DNA of 64,000 bases, taken from assembly GCA_045541375.1 (NCBI GenBank), contig JAZQJB010000144.1, positions 87,493 to 151,492 of the forward strand. Reading direction: 5' to 3'. The stretch comes from Eubacteriales bacterium (GTDB taxonomy: Bacteria > Bacillota > Clostridia > Oscillospirales > CAG-272). Shown here in pieces: positions 1 to 9,555 of this stretch (within the stretch, counting starts at the first letter, position 1; each line of letters starts with the position of its first letter). The position numbers and the translations under genes are program-made. The notes under the pieces were generated by a model. It saw only the letters and a program-made list of their open reading frames with translations, was not told the DNA's origin and did no database searches.

Positions 1-1109
1 AGAAGCTTAAGGAAGAAGCTGATGCGCTTGCAGAGCGAATTTACTTCCTTGCGGGAGAAGAATTCAATATAAACTCACCCAAACAGCTTGGAAATATCCT
101 TTTTGAAAAGCTGAAGCTTCCAAGCGGCAAGAAGACGAAGACAGGATATTCCACCAATGCTGAGATCCTTGAAAAACTTGCGTCAAAGCATCCGATAGTA
201 TCCGATATCCTCGATTACCGTCAGCTTACAAAGCTGATCGGCACTTATGTTGTCGGTTTATTGAAGCTTGCGACCGAAGAAGGCAGAATTCATACTAATT
301 TCAAACAGACGGGAACGGCCACCGGCAGACTATCTTCAGCTGAACCGAATTTGCAGAACATTCCTGTTCGAACAGATGCAGGAAGAGAATTGAGAAAATT
401 CTTCTTGCCGCGCAAGGGATATAAGTTGATCTCCGCAGACTATTCGCAGATCGAACTCAGACTCTTGGCGTGTATTGCAAATGATGAAGCAATGCTTTCT
501 GCTTTTACGTCAGGCGTAGATATTCACACGTCTACTGCTTCTGCGGTATTTGGCGTTCCGGTTCATATGGTTACACCGATACTGAGAAAACGAGCAAAAG
601 CCGTCAACTTCGGTATTGTATACGGAATTGGCGAGTATTCGCTTTCACAAGACCTCGATATCACTGTAAAGCAAGCAAAGGAATATATTGAAAGCTATCT
701 TGCTTCATATCCCGGTGTTTCCGCGTATTTGCGCGATATTGTCAAATATGCAACAGAACACGGTTCGGTCGATACTCTTTACGGAAGGACGAGATATATC
801 CCCGAAATACAATCTAAAAATGGCGTTATGAGAAAATTCGGTGAGCGCGTTGCGATGAACAGCCCAATTCAAGGAAGTGCTGCTGATATCATCAAAATCG
901 CAATGCTTAACGTAAGCAAACAACTCGAAAATTCCGATATTGATGCAAAGCTCATCCTGCAAGTACACGACGAATTGATTATTGAAGCTCGTGCAGATCA
1001 AGCAGAAAAGGCAGCGCAGATATTGAAAGAAGAAATGGAAAATGCAGTTCAATTACCCATACCGCTGACAGTCGATCTATCAATAGGCGACAGATGGTAT
1101 GAAACCTAA
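1..1109 (+). CDS. polA: DNA polymerase I, C-terminal polymerase domain (5'-truncated by the window edge; frame starts at nt 3)
   Basis: The frame is open from nt 3. The translation carries the family-A polymerase motifs DYSQIELR, RKRAKAVNFGIVYG and QVHDE. Stop at 1107-1109. Confidence 0.95.
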   Translation, partial: KLKEEADALAERIYFLAGEEFNINSPKQLGNILFEKLKLPSGKKTKTGYSTNAEILEKLASKHPIVSDILDYRQLTKLIGTYVVGLLKLATEEGRIHTNFKQTGTATGRLSSAEPNLQNIPVRTDAGRELRKFFLPRKGYKLISADYSQIELRLLACIANDEAMLSAFTSGVDIHTSTASAVFGVPVHMVTPILRKRAKAVNFGIVYGIGEYSLSQDLDITVKQAKEYIESYLASYPGVSAYLRDIVKYATEHGSVDTLYGRTRYIPEIQSKNGVMRKFGERVAMNSPIQGSAADIIKIAMLNVSKQLENSDIDAKLILQVHDELIIEARADQAEKAAQILKEEMENAVQLPIPLTVDLSIGDRWYET

Positions 1110-1127
1110 AATAAAGGAGAAATAACT

Positions 1128-3050
1128 ATGAGACTTCGTGCCCCCTCTTACCCCTTGATTACTATTGACCCCTATTTCAGCGTTTGGTCGCCCGCAGATC
1201 AACCGACAGATACCGATACTACTCATTGGACCGGCAAGCCGTTCACTCTTTCTGTTGTTGCAAACATTGATGGTAACGATTACCGCCTTATCGGCAAATG
1301 CGACGCTGATACCATTCCCGCAGCAAATATGATAGCTGTTGATTGCAACGCGTTTTCAACTATCTACACATATTCGATCAACGGTGCAAAAATTACGTTG
1401 AAATTTACCTCTCCCGTTATTCCCGATGATCTTTATATGCTTTCAAGACCGATCAGCTATCTTGAGGTTACAAAGGAATCCTCTGACTCGCGCCGCCATA
1501 CTGTCAATGTAAAAGTCGAAATGTCCGAGGAGATCTGTATGAATCTGAAGGGTGATTCCGAAGTCGAGATCGAAAAGATTGAGCTCGGAAAGTACTCTTC
1601 CATTAAGATGGGTAGTAAGGAGCAGAAGGTTCTCGAAAGAAACGGCGACGATCTTCGAATCGAATGGGGATATTTCTACTTGACCGGTCTTGGTGAAACC
1701 TATACTCGCGTAGATTACGAAGGAATGAATTTTGTCGGTATCAATGCTGAAGTGAAATCTTCAAACATTTTCACTTTTGCTTATGATGATATTGAAAGCA
1801 TTCAGTATTTCGGTAAGAATCTGAAGACTTATTGGAACAGAAACGGCGAAAAGATCACCGACGAAATCCTTAAGGCTCACGGCGATTACAGATACGTAAT
1901 TCGCAAGTGTGATCAGATCGGCGAAAATCTCTTCTGTGATGCTGTAAAAGCAGGCGGTGAGAAATATGCAGAGATCTGTGAATTGTCCTTCAGGCAGGCT
2001 ATCGCGGCCCATAAACTCGTTCTTGATGAGAATGGAGAAGTGCTCTTTATTTCAAAGGAATGCTTCTCGAATGGATGTGCTGCTACTGTTGACGTAAGCT
2101 ATCCTTCCATCCCTCTCTTCTTGATCTACAACCCCGAGCTCGTCAAGGGTATGATGCGTCCTATTTATAAATATGCTGCGTCTGATGAATGGCAGTATGA
2201 TTTTGCTCCTCACGACGCTGGCAGATATCCTCACGTTAACGGTCAGGTATATGGCGGCAACAGACTCGAAAAGCAGATGCCCGTTGAGGAATGTGGCAAT
2301 ATGCTTGTTATGGAACTTGCAGTTGCGGTTGCAACAAAGGATGTATCTTTTGCTGCGGAACATATAGAGACTCTCGATCAATGGGTCAAGTACCTCATTG
2401 ATAACGGCAGAGATCCCGCAAACCAGCTTTGTACCGATGACTTTGCAGGCCATCTCGCACATAACTGTAACCTCTCGCTCAAAGCGATAATGGGTATTGC
2501 AGGCTATGGCATAATCAAAGGTATGCTTGGTGACAAACGTGCGAAGAGAAAGTATATTTCTATGGCACGCGATATGGCGTTGGATTGGGAAAAGAGAGCA
2601 TCCAACGGTGACGGAAGCTATCGCCTTGCTTTTGACCGCCCCGGTACGTTCAGCATGAAGTATAACATTGTCTGGGACAAGCTTCTCGGTACAGAAATCA
2701 TGCCCAAGAGTGTTATCGAATCTGAGGTTGCAAGTTATCGCGCTCATGCTCATCCTTACGGTCTCCCACTCGATAACCGCCAGCCTTATACAAAGAGCGA
2801 TTGGCTCATCTGGACTGCAACTCTTGCAGGCAACAGAGATACCTTTGAAGACATGGTCGCTCCTCTTTGGGATGCATATAATTCGATGCAGTCGAGAGTT
2901 CCTGCAACCGACTGGTACTACACGATAACCGGTCAGCACAAGGCATACAACAGCAGCTCCGAGAATGTTGAAAAGAGCTTCAGAAACAGAACTGTTGTCG
3001 GCGGTCATTTCATCAAATTGCTCGAGTATAAGGGCATAATGAAATTATAA
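1128..3050 (+). CDS. Glutaminase-A-like protein (DUF4965/DUF1793 family), no signal peptide
   Basis: 640-aa ORF with RBS AAAGGAGA upstream. The N-terminus RAPSYPLITIDPYFSVWSP and the overall length resemble the glutaminase GtaA-like family. Family assignment is from memory, not a search. Confidence 0.7.
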   Translation: MRLRAPSYPLITIDPYFSVWSPADQPTDTDTTHWTGKPFTLSVVANIDGNDYRLIGKCDADTIPAANMIAVDCNAFSTIYTYSINGAKITLKFTSPVIPDDLYMLSRPISYLEVTKESSDSRRHTVNVKVEMSEEICMNLKGDSEVEIEKIELGKYSSIKMGSKEQKVLERNGDDLRIEWGYFYLTGLGETYTRVDYEGMNFVGINAEVKSSNIFTFAYDDIESIQYFGKNLKTYWNRNGEKITDEILKAHGDYRYVIRKCDQIGENLFCDAVKAGGEKYAEICELSFRQAIAAHKLVLDENGEVLFISKECFSNGCAATVDVSYPSIPLFLIYNPELVKGMMRPIYKYAASDEWQYDFAPHDAGRYPHVNGQVYGGNRLEKQMPVEECGNMLVMELAVAVATKDVSFAAEHIETLDQWVKYLIDNGRDPANQLCTDDFAGHLAHNCNLSLKAIMGIAGYGIIKGMLGDKRAKRKYISMARDMALDWEKRASNGDGSYRLAFDRPGTFSMKYNIVWDKLLGTEIMPKSVIESEVASYRAHAHPYGLPLDNRQPYTKSDWLIWTATLAGNRDTFEDMVAPLWDAYNSMQSRVPATDWYYTITGQHKAYNSSSENVEKSFRNRTVVGGHFIKLLEYKGIMKL

Positions 3051-3063
3051 TTAAGGAATTAGC

Positions 3064-4389
3064 ATGATTACAAAGAATAATGATATAACAACGCTTTGCG
3101 ATAATATCTCGGTAAACCACGCAACGGGACATTTGACGTTCGCGGGGCGAGATACTGTTGAGCTTGCGAAGCGTTACGGAACTCCTCTTTATCTGATTGA
3201 CGAAGATCACATCAGAACTATGTGCAAGGTATACGTTGATTCAATGAAAGAAGCATTTGATGAGTATTCCAAGCCCTTGTTCGCAAGCAAAGCACTTTGT
3301 TTCAAGAAGATATATAATATCGTTGAATCCGAGGGCGTAGGTGCTGACGTTGCTTCGGTAGGTGAACTGTTTACCGCAATACGTGCCGGTTTTTCTCCTG
3401 AAAACATAATTTTCCATGGTAATAACAAAACCGACGATGACATTGAATTTGCAATAGGACAAAAGGTCGGATGCTTTGTTTGTGACAACAGGGAAGAGCT
3501 CGAGTCGATCAATAAATGTGCGAAAGATCACGGTATCAAGCAGCGCATTATGTTGCGAATTACTCCCGGAATTGACCCTCACACTCACGCGAAGATCAAC
3601 ACCGGCAGAATCGACAGCAAGTTTGGCGCACCTATTGAAACACATCAAGCAGAAGAGCTGACACACTATGCTTTGAGCCTTGAAAATATTAATTTACTGG
3701 GCTTCCACTGTCACATAGGATCGCAAATATTTGATTTTGAGCCTTTTGCCGATGCTGCTAAGATCATGCTTGGTTTTATTGCCGATATTAATGATAAATT
3801 CGGTTATTCGGCTAAGTATCTGAATCTCGGCGGCGGTATGGGTGTAAGGTATACTTCAGGTGATCCCGTTATCGATTACAGAGCCAATATCCTGAAGATC
3901 GGCGAAATTGTCAAACAGGAATGCAAGACTCTCGGAATCAAGCAACCGCATATCTTTATGGAACCGGGCAGAAGTATTGTTGCGGCGGCGGGAATGACTC
4001 TCTATAAGGTTGGCGCAACAAAAATCATTGAAGGTTTCCGCAATTACGTTTCCATTGACGGAGGTATGGCGGATAACCCCAGATATACTCTGTATTCATC
4101 ACCGTATACTGTCGCCCTTGCAAACAGAATGAATGATGCTCCGACGTTTAACTGTACTGTTGCAGGCAGATGTTGCGAAAGCGGAGACCTGATTCAGGAA
4201 AACGTTGATATACCTCATCCGGTCAGAGGCGATTATCTTGCGGTGGTTACCACCGGTGCATACAACTATTCTATGGCTTCAAACTACAACAGGCTTTGCA
4301 GGCCTCCCGTTGTGGTTTTGTCGGAAAAGAGGGAATATGTTGCAGTTGCGCGCGAAACGCTGGCAGACCTTATTTCAAATGACAAATGA
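3064..4389 (+). CDS. lysA: Diaminopimelate decarboxylase
   Basis: 441 aa with the PLP-decarboxylase fold motifs HIGSQI and CESGD. RBS AAGGAA. Confidence 0.92.
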   Translation: MITKNNDITTLCDNISVNHATGHLTFAGRDTVELAKRYGTPLYLIDEDHIRTMCKVYVDSMKEAFDEYSKPLFASKALCFKKIYNIVESEGVGADVASVGELFTAIRAGFSPENIIFHGNNKTDDDIEFAIGQKVGCFVCDNREELESINKCAKDHGIKQRIMLRITPGIDPHTHAKINTGRIDSKFGAPIETHQAEELTHYALSLENINLLGFHCHIGSQIFDFEPFADAAKIMLGFIADINDKFGYSAKYLNLGGGMGVRYTSGDPVIDYRANILKIGEIVKQECKTLGIKQPHIFMEPGRSIVAAAGMTLYKVGATKIIEGFRNYVSIDGGMADNPRYTLYSSPYTVALANRMNDAPTFNCTVAGRCCESGDLIQENVDIPHPVRGDYLAVVTTGAYNYSMASNYNRLCRPPVVVLSEKREYVAVARETLADLISNDK

Positions 4390-4429
4390 ATAAGCAAAAG
4401 GCAACCGAAACGGTTGCCTTTTGCTTATT
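4389..4429. terminator. Bidirectional intrinsic terminator between the convergent lysA and proC genes
   Basis: Perfect 19-bp stem AATAAGCAAAAGGCAACCG / CGGTTGCCTTTTGCTTATT with loop AAA. It has A/T runs on both sides, and its 3' arm overlaps the proC stop codon. Confidence 0.85.
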
Positions 4430-5219
4430 TAAGTTCAAGTGTTCTTTTGTATGCTGACGTAACAGCGTTCATTGCCGCTGCTCGGAAAGCTCCGTTTTCA
4501 AGTGCGTGTACACCTGCAATAGTTGTGCCTCCGGGGCTGCAGACTCTGTCCTTCAGCTCACCTGGTTTGCTCTCGTGCAATAATAGTTCAGCACTGCCCT
4601 TGAGCATTTGTGCTGCATAGAGGATTGCCTTGTCACGGGGTAATCCGCATTCGACTCCTGCGTCGGCAAGGGCCTCTGCAAACATAAATGCAAAAGCGGG
4701 ACCGCAACCGGAAACGGCGCTTCCGGCATCAATAAGATACTCGGGAAGGTTATCAAGCTTTCCGGCTTTAGCCATTATCTCGAGAAATTCAACAATCATT
4801 TGATCTGTGACGAGATCATTGACATCGTAAAGGATCATACCTTCGCCGACGGAAGCAGGCATATTGGGCATAATGCGTATGATAGGTCTTGTGATTCCAA
4901 TAACTTGTTCGAAATACGATATTTGCAAAGCGGCTGCCATTGTAATAATAATAGCATCGCTGTTGTTAATTGATTCTACATACGGACCTAATGCGTTTTG
5001 CATAACCTGAGGTTTTACTCCGAGAAAAATAAACTTACAAGAAGAGATGATTTCATTAAAAGAAAGCTCAATCGTACCAAATTCGTTGCAGAGAAGAGAA
5101 GTTTTTGATTTATCATAATCACAAACGGCAATATTATTGCCGCCGACTGCAGAAGCTGCTGCCCTTGCAAGAGCACCGCCCATATTTCCACAGCCAATAA
5201 AGCCTGCTTTATATTTCAT
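4425..5219 (-). CDS. proC: Pyrroline-5-carboxylate reductase
   Basis: 264 aa with the N-terminal Rossmann motif GFIGCGNMGGA. RBS AAGGAG. Confidence 0.92.
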   Translation of the reverse strand: MKYKAGFIGCGNMGGALARAAASAVGGNNIAVCDYDKSKTSLLCNEFGTIELSFNEIISSCKFIFLGVKPQVMQNALGPYVESINNSDAIIITMAAALQISYFEQVIGITRPIIRIMPNMPASVGEGMILYDVNDLVTDQMIVEFLEIMAKAGKLDNLPEYLIDAGSAVSGCGPAFAFMFAEALADAGVECGLPRDKAILYAAQMLKGSAELLLHESKPGELKDRVCSPGGTTIAGVHALENGAFRAAAMNAVTSAYKRTLELK

Positions 5220-5230
5220 AGTATCACTCC

Positions 5231-6487
5231 TTACCGTATTTGTCCGTTTCCGCGAATTTTGTATTTATACGATGTTAGTTCGCAAAGTCCCATAGGACCT
5301 CTAGCGTGCATTTTTTGTGTTGAAATTCCGATCTCACAGCCAAGACCGAATTCGCCTCCGTCGGTGAATCTTGTTGATGCGTTCCAATATACAGATGTGC
5401 TGTCGATGGCATTTAAGAACAATTCGGCAGATTCAGCGTTTTCTGTAACGATAGACTCGCTATGCTGCGTTGAATGCTCTGCGATATGCTTGATAGCTTC
5501 TTCAAGCGAATCAACAACCTTAATTGCCAGGATATAATCAAGGAATTCTGTATCGAAATCCGAGTCAGAAGCAGGTGTGCCATCAATAATAGAAGCAGCG
5601 CGAGTATCAACTCGAAATTCTACGGGAATCTTACCGCTACTTTCTCTTTTAGTTCTTAAAAGCTCTGAAAGCTGCGGCAAGAAACTTGAAGCAATGTTCT
5701 TATGAACTATGCAAACCTCTGCAGCATTGCAAACCGAAGGCCTTTGGGTTTTGGCATTTTCGATTATATTCAGAGCTTTGCCGATATCAGCGTCTTTGTC
5801 AACGTAAATATGGCATATTCCTGTACCTGTTTTAATGCAGGGAACCTTTGCGTTTTCAACGCAAGAGCGTATGAGTCCCGCGCCTCCGCGAGGAATGAGG
5901 ACATCAATGTAATCAACAGCGTGCATGAGTTCCGTTGCAGCTTCTCTTGTATTATCTTCAAGAATATTAACCGCATCTTCAAAACCGAACGGTGAAAGGG
6001 CGTCTTTTATAGCTCCAATGATCGCCATAGAAGTTTTATGTGCTTCCTTTCCGCACTTAAGCACACACGCGTTTCCGCTCTTAAAGCAAAGTGCCGCTGC
6101 ATCGGACGTTACGTTTGGCCTGCTTTCATATATAATAGCGACCACACCAAGCGGTACCCCAACTTTTTCGATCTTGAGCCCGTTTGGGAGGGTTTGAGAT
6201 GAAATGATTCTTCCGACAGGATCGGGCAGTTTGATCACGTCTCTGATTCCGTTTGCCATAGACTTGATCCTATCCCCTGTCAGTATCAATCTGTCGATCA
6301 TAACGTCGGATAAAACACCTTTGGAGCGCTCAACATCCTCGGCGTTTGCCGACAAGATGTTTGACGTAGCGGATTCCAATGCATCCGCCATTAAAGCAAG
6401 GATCTCGTTCTTTCTTGATTCGTCCAAAAGAGAAAGGGAAGAGGAGATCGCTTTTGCTCTTTTCATAATTTCTATTGTAGTTGCCAT
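5231..6487 (-). CDS. proA: Glutamate-5-semialdehyde dehydrogenase (gamma-glutamyl phosphate reductase)
   Basis: 418 aa containing IYESRPNVT and the catalytic Cys region CNAAE. It sits between proB and proC. Confidence 0.93.
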   Translation of the reverse strand: MATTIEIMKRAKAISSSLSLLDESRKNEILALMADALESATSNILSANAEDVERSKGVLSDVMIDRLILTGDRIKSMANGIRDVIKLPDPVGRIISSQTLPNGLKIEKVGVPLGVVAIIYESRPNVTSDAAALCFKSGNACVLKCGKEAHKTSMAIIGAIKDALSPFGFEDAVNILEDNTREAATELMHAVDYIDVLIPRGGAGLIRSCVENAKVPCIKTGTGICHIYVDKDADIGKALNIIENAKTQRPSVCNAAEVCIVHKNIASSFLPQLSELLRTKRESSGKIPVEFRVDTRAASIIDGTPASDSDFDTEFLDYILAIKVVDSLEEAIKHIAEHSTQHSESIVTENAESAELFLNAIDSTSVYWNASTRFTDGGEFGLGCEIGISTQKMHARGPMGLCELTSYKYKIRGNGQIR

Positions 6488-6491
6488 AAGA

Positions 6492-7262
6492 TCACCTATT
6501 TGATATAAAACGAGTGCATACAGGGTTGTTATTGTTAATGATATCGTACAAAATCTTAGGATTGGCGCCGTTAGCGATAATCATATCACATCCGCCATTA
6601 AGACATATTTCGGCTGCAGAGAGCTTCGTTCTCATTCCACCCGTTCCAAGTCCGGAAGAAGTGTCGCCGGCGAGCGCAAGAACATCGGAATTGATCTCGC
6701 GGATCTCCTTGATCAATTCAGCCTTGGGATCAATGTGCGGATCCGCAGTGAAAAGTCCATCAATGTCCGAAAGCAATATCAAAAGATCGGCAGATATGCT
6801 GACACTAACAAGTGCTGAAAGGGTGTCGTTGTCGCCAACTTTAATTTCATCGGTGGCTATAGTGTCATTTTCGTTGATGATAGGTAGTGCTTTCAGCTCA
6901 AGCAGTCTGCTTATCGTATTTGAAAAGTTCTGATGTCTTTCCTGATTGTTAAAATCATCGCCCGTTAACAGTATTTGCGCAACGTTGTGATGATATTCTG
7001 CAAATAGCTTGTCGTATCTATACATCAATTCGCACTGACCAACGGCTGCGGCAGCCTGTTTGGTGGCAATATCGCTCGGCTTTCCTTGGAGAGAGAGTTT
7101 AGCTGCCCCCATGCCTATTGCGCCGCTTGATACGATGATCACCTCTTCGCCCGAGTTCTTGATGTCGCTGATGATCCTGCAGAGCTCCTCGGTGCGTCTG
7201 ATATTTAATTCGCCCGATTTGTGAGCGAGAGTGGAAGTTCCGATTTTAATTACTATTCTCAT
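6492..7262 (-). CDS. proB: Glutamate 5-kinase (short form without a PUA domain)
   Basis: Begins MRIVIKIGTSTL and contains VIIVSSGAIGMG. I moved the start to the ATG at 7262, which has RBS GAGGGA 5 nt upstream. The ORF-track start at 7277 is a TTG. Confidence 0.9.
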   Translation of the reverse strand: MRIVIKIGTSTLAHKSGELNIRRTEELCRIISDIKNSGEEVIIVSSGAIGMGAAKLSLQGKPSDIATKQAAAAVGQCELMYRYDKLFAEYHHNVAQILLTGDDFNNQERHQNFSNTISRLLELKALPIINENDTIATDEIKVGDNDTLSALVSVSISADLLILLSDIDGLFTADPHIDPKAELIKEIREINSDVLALAGDTSSGLGTGGMRTKLSAAEICLNGGCDMIIANGANPKILYDIINNNNPVCTRFISNR

Positions 7263-7273
7263 TATATCCCTCG

Positions 7274-8065
7274 TCAAATCAAAGATATATATCTAAAAAG
7301 ATTGTATACGCTTATTCCGATAATTGCCACAAGCATACAGCAAAACAGAATGTCAACTGCTTTAGTGCTCATTTTCTTATTAATTTTTCTGCCGATGAAT
7401 CCGCCTGCGATACCCGAAACGATCATTACTGCGAGTGTTATGTAATCGGTTTCGGGTACAGATGATGAAGCGAAGGTGAATATCAAGCTTGCAGTCTGCG
7501 CGAAGAAAATCATATAAAGTGAATTGAGTGCAGCCGTCTTGGTGGTCATAGAGAAGAAGAAATACAATACTGCAAGATTAATCGGTCCTCCACCTATTCC
7601 AAGGAAAGAGGAGAGAATTCCGAGAAAAAAGCCGATCGAAAGGCAAACAACAGTTGATTTGATATTGTTTGTCTTTATGTGTTTCTTGTTCAGTACGTAA
7701 AGAAGCACTCCTCCTGTGAGAAGAATCATTATAACGCTCTGTGCAGTTCCGACTATTCCATCATTACCTGCGGCGTTTTTAATTATATCAAAAAGCAGTT
7801 TGCCAACCACTCCGCCTACTGCCGATCCTATTGCTAAAGGAGTGGTGCGCCCTTTATCGATTTTTGCATCTCCGCCTTTTGAAGACAACAGTGAAACAAT
7901 ACTCATCGCAAGAACGCTGCAACCGGAAAGAAAGCTGATTTGAGAAACAGAAATCACCGCAGTAGCATCAAGTACCGGCTTTATGATAACGCCACCACCG
8001 ATGCCTGAAATGGCGCCCAAAGTAGTTGCCAATAAGCAGATTAGTGAATAGAACAAATATTGCAT
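7274..8065 (-). CDS. TauE/SafE family sulfite/anion exporter-like membrane protein
   Basis: 263-aa polytopic membrane protein, Gly-rich, with the two internal repeats typical of TauE/SafE. RBS AAGGTG. Confidence 0.7.
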   Translation of the reverse strand: MQYLFYSLICLLATTLGAISGIGGGVIIKPVLDATAVISVSQISFLSGCSVLAMSIVSLLSSKGGDAKIDKGRTTPLAIGSAVGGVVGKLLFDIIKNAAGNDGIVGTAQSVIMILLTGGVLLYVLNKKHIKTNNIKSTVVCLSIGFFLGILSSFLGIGGGPINLAVLYFFFSMTTKTAALNSLYMIFFAQTASLIFTFASSSVPETDYITLAVMIVSGIAGGFIGRKINKKMSTKAVDILFCCMLVAIIGISVYNLFRYISLI

Positions 8066-8223
8066 AATTTACACCTTAATTATTAATGTAATAATTGTAT
8101 CACAATTCAACCAATAAATCAATAGCAATAATGTATTTTGCAAGAAAATATTTTGAAACTTGCAAGGCCGTGAATAAATATCCACATAATACACAAGTGT
8201 GGGCATGAGCGAGAAATATAATC

Positions 8224-8265
8224 TAAAAAAGCACAAGGCACGCAAAATGGCGCGCCTTGTGCTTT
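8224..8265 (-). terminator. Intrinsic terminator of ssrA
   Basis: On the minus strand, directly after the CCA end: stem AGCACAAGGC / GCCTTGTGCT followed by TTTTTT. Confidence 0.8.
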
Positions 8266-8634
8266 TGGTGGAGGCGAGGGGAATCGAACCCCTGTCCGAA
8301 AACCAATCCTTACGGTTTTCTACGAGTGTAGTCGGTTATTTGCATTCCCATCATACGCCGAGAACCGACGCTCTGCGTAATCAAGTATCCTTTTTATGCG
8401 TGATCGCTTCAAAGGCTAAATGGCGATTCACGTTCATCGCTACATGACGCTCGCATCCCGGGTCGCGATAATCCCGGGCGGAACGGGCGGCTCCTCAGAG
8501 CCGCGTCACTGCCGTTTAGGCAGCAAATGCTACGTTATTGTTAGCGTTTAATGTTTAAGTTGAGCCGTTTAAGAGTTGCTCAGCTCTACTCGCTTACCGT
8601 ATCTCAAAATCCCCGTCGAAACCTTTACGCCCCC
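8266..8634 (-). ncRNA. ssrA: Transfer-messenger RNA (tmRNA, one-piece)
   Basis: On the minus strand the 5' end reads GGGGGCGTAAAGGTTTCGACGGGGATTTTGAGATACGG and the 3' end reads GGTTCGATTCCCCTCGCCTCCACCA. The internal tag reading frame GCT AAC AAT AAC GTA GCA TTT GCT GCC TAA (8516-8545) encodes ANNNVAFAA. The gene lies immediately downstream of smpB. Confidence 0.93.
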
Positions 8635-8663
8635 ATATATATCAATCAGCAGGGAAGTGCGGA

Positions 8664-9134
8664 TCAATAATCATAATTAGTCTTTCTGATTCTTTCGCTA
8701 TCTCTTGAAGCTTGCTTCTCGGCTTCAGCATCGCGCTTATCATAAAGCTTTTTGCCTCGGCAAAGTCCGACTTCGACTTTTACATTAGAATCCTTAAAAT
8801 ATAGTGAAAGCGGAACCAAAGTATAACCTTTTTGCGAAACCAAAGAAAACAGCTTTAAGATCTCACGCTTATGCATCAAGAGTTTGCGAGTTCTTCTGGG
8901 ATCGCGATTGAATATGTTACCTTGCTCATAAGGACTGATATGGATTCCGTTAGCGAAAATTTCGCCATTTTTGATCGTGCAGTAAGAATCCTTCAAGTTG
9001 ACTTGTCCGGCACGAAGACTCTTTACCTCGGTGCCGACAAGAGAGATACCGGCTTCGTATTTGTCATCAACAAAGTAATCGTGATATGCTTTGCGATTTG
9101 CAGCAATTTGTTTGGTTCCTTTTGCTTTAGCCAT
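8664..9134 (-). CDS. smpB: SsrA-binding protein
   Basis: 156 aa with N-terminus [24 protein letters not shown]. Confidence 0.95.
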   Translation of the reverse strand: MAKAKGTKQIAANRKAYHDYFVDDKYEAGISLVGTEVKSLRAGQVNLKDSYCTIKNGEIFANGIHISPYEQGNIFNRDPRRTRKLLMHKREILKLFSLVSQKGYTLVPLSLYFKDSNVKVEVGLCRGKKLYDKRDAEAEKQASRDSERIRKTNYDY

Positions 9135-9164
9135 CAGCCAATACCTCCTTTAGAACTGCATTAT

Positions 9165-9193
9165 ATTATACAACATTTGAAATAAAAAATCAA
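9165..9193 (-). promoter_or_regulatory. Sigma-A-type promoter for smpB-ssrA
   Basis: Minus strand: TTGATT, 17-nt spacer, TATAAT. It lies about 30 nt upstream of the smpB RBS. Confidence 0.55.
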
Positions 9194-9464
9194 TAGAAAC
9201 TTGTAGGATTTTTGATTTTGGTTAAAATTTGCGCGTGAAGTGTATAGAAGTAGTGGATTGTATACTCAATCTTAAATTCTATATTAGTTCGTAAAATCAA
9301 AGTTTTACGCACGTAAGGGAAGTGTTAAATAATATTTAAAGCTTAACAATTGCTACGCCGGGCGCGATTCGGTATTTTGGAGATCGCTGTATTTGTGTGA
9401 AATGTACAAAAATCTTTCTTAAATCTGTACAATCATACAAAATTTTATTTTTTTAAAAAATATT

Positions 9465-9493
9465 TTGACTTTTTCACAAAATAATGTTATAAT
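9465..9493 (+). promoter_or_regulatory. Near-consensus sigma-A promoter with extended -10
   Basis: TTGACT (9465-9470), 17-nt spacer, TGT-TATAAT (-10 at 9488-9493). Confidence 0.65.
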
Positions 9494-9555
9494 TATTATA
9501 ATGAGCGTTTGGTGTTACAACAGCACGCTTACATATTATTTCGGAGGTCGCAACA

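Noticed and set aside
2052-3008. 318-aa ORF antisense to the glutaminase-like gene
   Set aside because: It has no RBS or motifs, and the sense-strand product has a conserved family N-terminus. It is a shadow ORF.
8199-8447. 82-aa plus-strand ORF
   Set aside because: It lies entirely over the tmRNA gene and its terminator on the opposite strand.
8440-8530. GC-rich inverted repeats (CCCGGGTCGCGATAATCCCGGGCGG...) resembling REP-like elements
   Set aside because: They are pseudoknot and helix segments internal to the tmRNA.
9388-9412. Possible Rex box (TTGTGTGAAATGTACAA) upstream of the flavodoxin-like gene
   Set aside because: It does not fit the 18-bp TTGTGAA-N4-TTCACAA palindrome. The half-site spacing and the second half-site are wrong.
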